DNA of 64,000 bases from Desulfosudaceae bacterium (lineage in GTDB: Bacteria; Desulfobacterota; Desulfobacteria; Desulfobacterales; Desulfosudaceae). The stretch lies in NCBI GenBank assembly GCA_963674745.2, contig CAXXDV010000001.1, positions 2,144,001 to 2,208,000 of the forward strand, written 5' to 3'. Under the pieces are notes generated by a model that saw only the letters and a list, made by a program, of their open reading frames with translations, did not search any database and was not told the origin of the DNA. The position numbers and the translations under genes were made by a program. Below, piece by piece: positions 62,909 to 64,000 of this stretch (positions within the stretch are counted from its first letter, which is position 1; every line of letters starts with the position of its first letter).

Positions 62909-63592
62909 ATGGAAGCTGAGAAGATTATTGCCGAGGCGGTAGGCCGGGAGCAGCGGGCGTTGTCTGAATATGAGTCAAAACAGGTACTCCAGGCTTATGG
63001 GATACCGGTTACCAGGGAAAAGCTGGCCGGCAGCCTTCAGGAAGCGATTGTCGCTGCCGGTGAAATCGGATATCCCGTTGTACTCAAGGCCTGTTCACCG
63101 GACTTGATGCACAAGAGTGAGGGCGGGCTTGTCCTGGTGGGGCTGGCTGATGAAAATCAGTTGAAAGAAGCATATGAGACACTGGCCGGACGGTTGAAGG
63201 ACGCCACGGCTGAGATCCTGGTTCAGGAGATGATCAGCGGCAACCGGGAAATGGTTGTCGGCATGAACCGGGATCCGCAGTTCGGTCCCTGCGTCATGTT
63301 GGGGCTGGGTGGTGTAATGACCGAAATTTTGAAGGATACGGTTTTCCGGATGGCGCCCATTGATGCCATTGAAGCGGCCGATATGACCGACCAGCTCCGC
63401 TCCAAAAAAATGCTGGAAGCGTTTCGCGGCCAGGCGCCTGTTGACAGGGAGGCCCTGTATAACTGTTTGATAGCCGCCGGTCAGATCGGGCTGGATCATG
63501 AGACGGTTCAGGAAATCGATATTAATCCCCTGCTGATTTCTCCCGAGGGAAAGATCACCGCTGTCGACGCGTTAATTGTCTTAAGGAGCTAA
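62909..63592 (+). CDS. ADP-forming acyl-CoA ligase beta subunit (ATP-grasp)
   Basis: LSEYESK..L..YGIP, GYPVVLK, HKSE.G, DPQFGP, EIDINP, AVDA. Confidence 0.9.
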   Translation: MEAEKIIAEAVGREQRALSEYESKQVLQAYGIPVTREKLAGSLQEAIVAAGEIGYPVVLKACSPDLMHKSEGGLVLVGLADENQLKEAYETLAGRLKDATAEILVQEMISGNREMVVGMNRDPQFGPCVMLGLGGVMTEILKDTVFRMAPIDAIEAADMTDQLRSKKMLEAFRGQAPVDREALYNCLIAAGQIGLDHETVQEIDINPLLISPEGKITAVDALIVLRS

Positions 63593-63597
63593 GCCGG

Positions 63598-64000
63598 ATG
63601 TCGTTTTCAGTTGAAGATCATCGTCTGTACCCCCTGACCTCACCCAAAAGTCTGGCTTTTTTCGGCGCCTCAAACAACTATTCGTCGATGGGGACCATTA
63701 TTCTCCGGGCTTTGCTGGATTTCGGTTATGAAGGAGCGGTCTTTCCGGTTCATCTGTCGGAAACAACCGTCCAGGAACACGAGGCGTATAAACGAGTTGA
63801 AGACCTGCCGGCGGTGCCGGATCTGGCGGTCATTGTGCTGCCCACACGAATTGTCGGCGAAACGCTGGAAGCCTGCGGGAAAAAGGGAATCCATAACGCC
63901 ATTATCGTTTCCGGCGGTTTTAAGGAAACGGGCTCCGAAGGCGCTGAGCGCGAGAAAGAACTGATTGAAATCGCCGACAGGTACGGTATAAAAATTATCG
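63598..64000 (+). CDS. ADP-forming acyl-CoA ligase alpha subunit (3' truncated by window)
   Basis: Manual translation: SPKSLAFFGAS...DLPAVPDLAVIV...IIVSGGFKETG. Confidence 0.88.
   Translation, partial: MSFSVEDHRLYPLTSPKSLAFFGASNNYSSMGTIILRALLDFGYEGAVFPVHLSETTVQEHEAYKRVEDLPAVPDLAVIVLPTRIVGETLEACGKKGIHNAIIVSGGFKETGSEGAEREKELIEIADRYGIKII

Overview
64 kb of a moderately GC-rich anaerobic bacterial chromosome; gene content suggests a Desulfobacterales-like deltaproteobacterium (inference). Layout: (1) 1-11.5 kb, dcw cluster murF-mraY-murD-ftsW-murG-murC-murB-ftsQ-ftsA-ftsZ with no ddl. (2) 11.7-38 kb, housekeeping and fatty-acid/CoA metabolism genes (dapL, nitroreductases, ClC-CBS + USP, 3-hydroxyacyl-CoA DH, 7TM-DISM chemoreceptor, acetoacetate-CoA ligase, acyl-CoA DH, pfk, GMC oxidoreductase, MMPL, queF, map, epd). 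(3) A DUF2339/DUF3999-like membrane pair. (4) An apparently complete IS1111-type IS110 element (about 44874-46372). Its 3' noncoding region folds into a bridge/seek-RNA-like structure whose loop sequences match the reconstructed target site and the circle-junction donor site. It sits inside a GGGGACA...TGTCCCC hairpin element bordering an AT-rich mini-cassette. (5) A TetR-controlled operon for an unusual glycyl radical enzyme with an SCP2-like N-terminal extension, its activase and two lipid-type reductases. (6) An ORP-like cluster (NifB/NifX + Fe-S MinD-like ATPases) with DUF134/DUF5320 genes and shared operator palindromes, an orphan atpF and ADP-forming acyl-CoA ligase genes. Intergenic regions carry GTAG-type REPs and several 7-8-bp-period tandem repeat tracts. 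All product calls come from motif recognition by eye; no database search or folding program was run.
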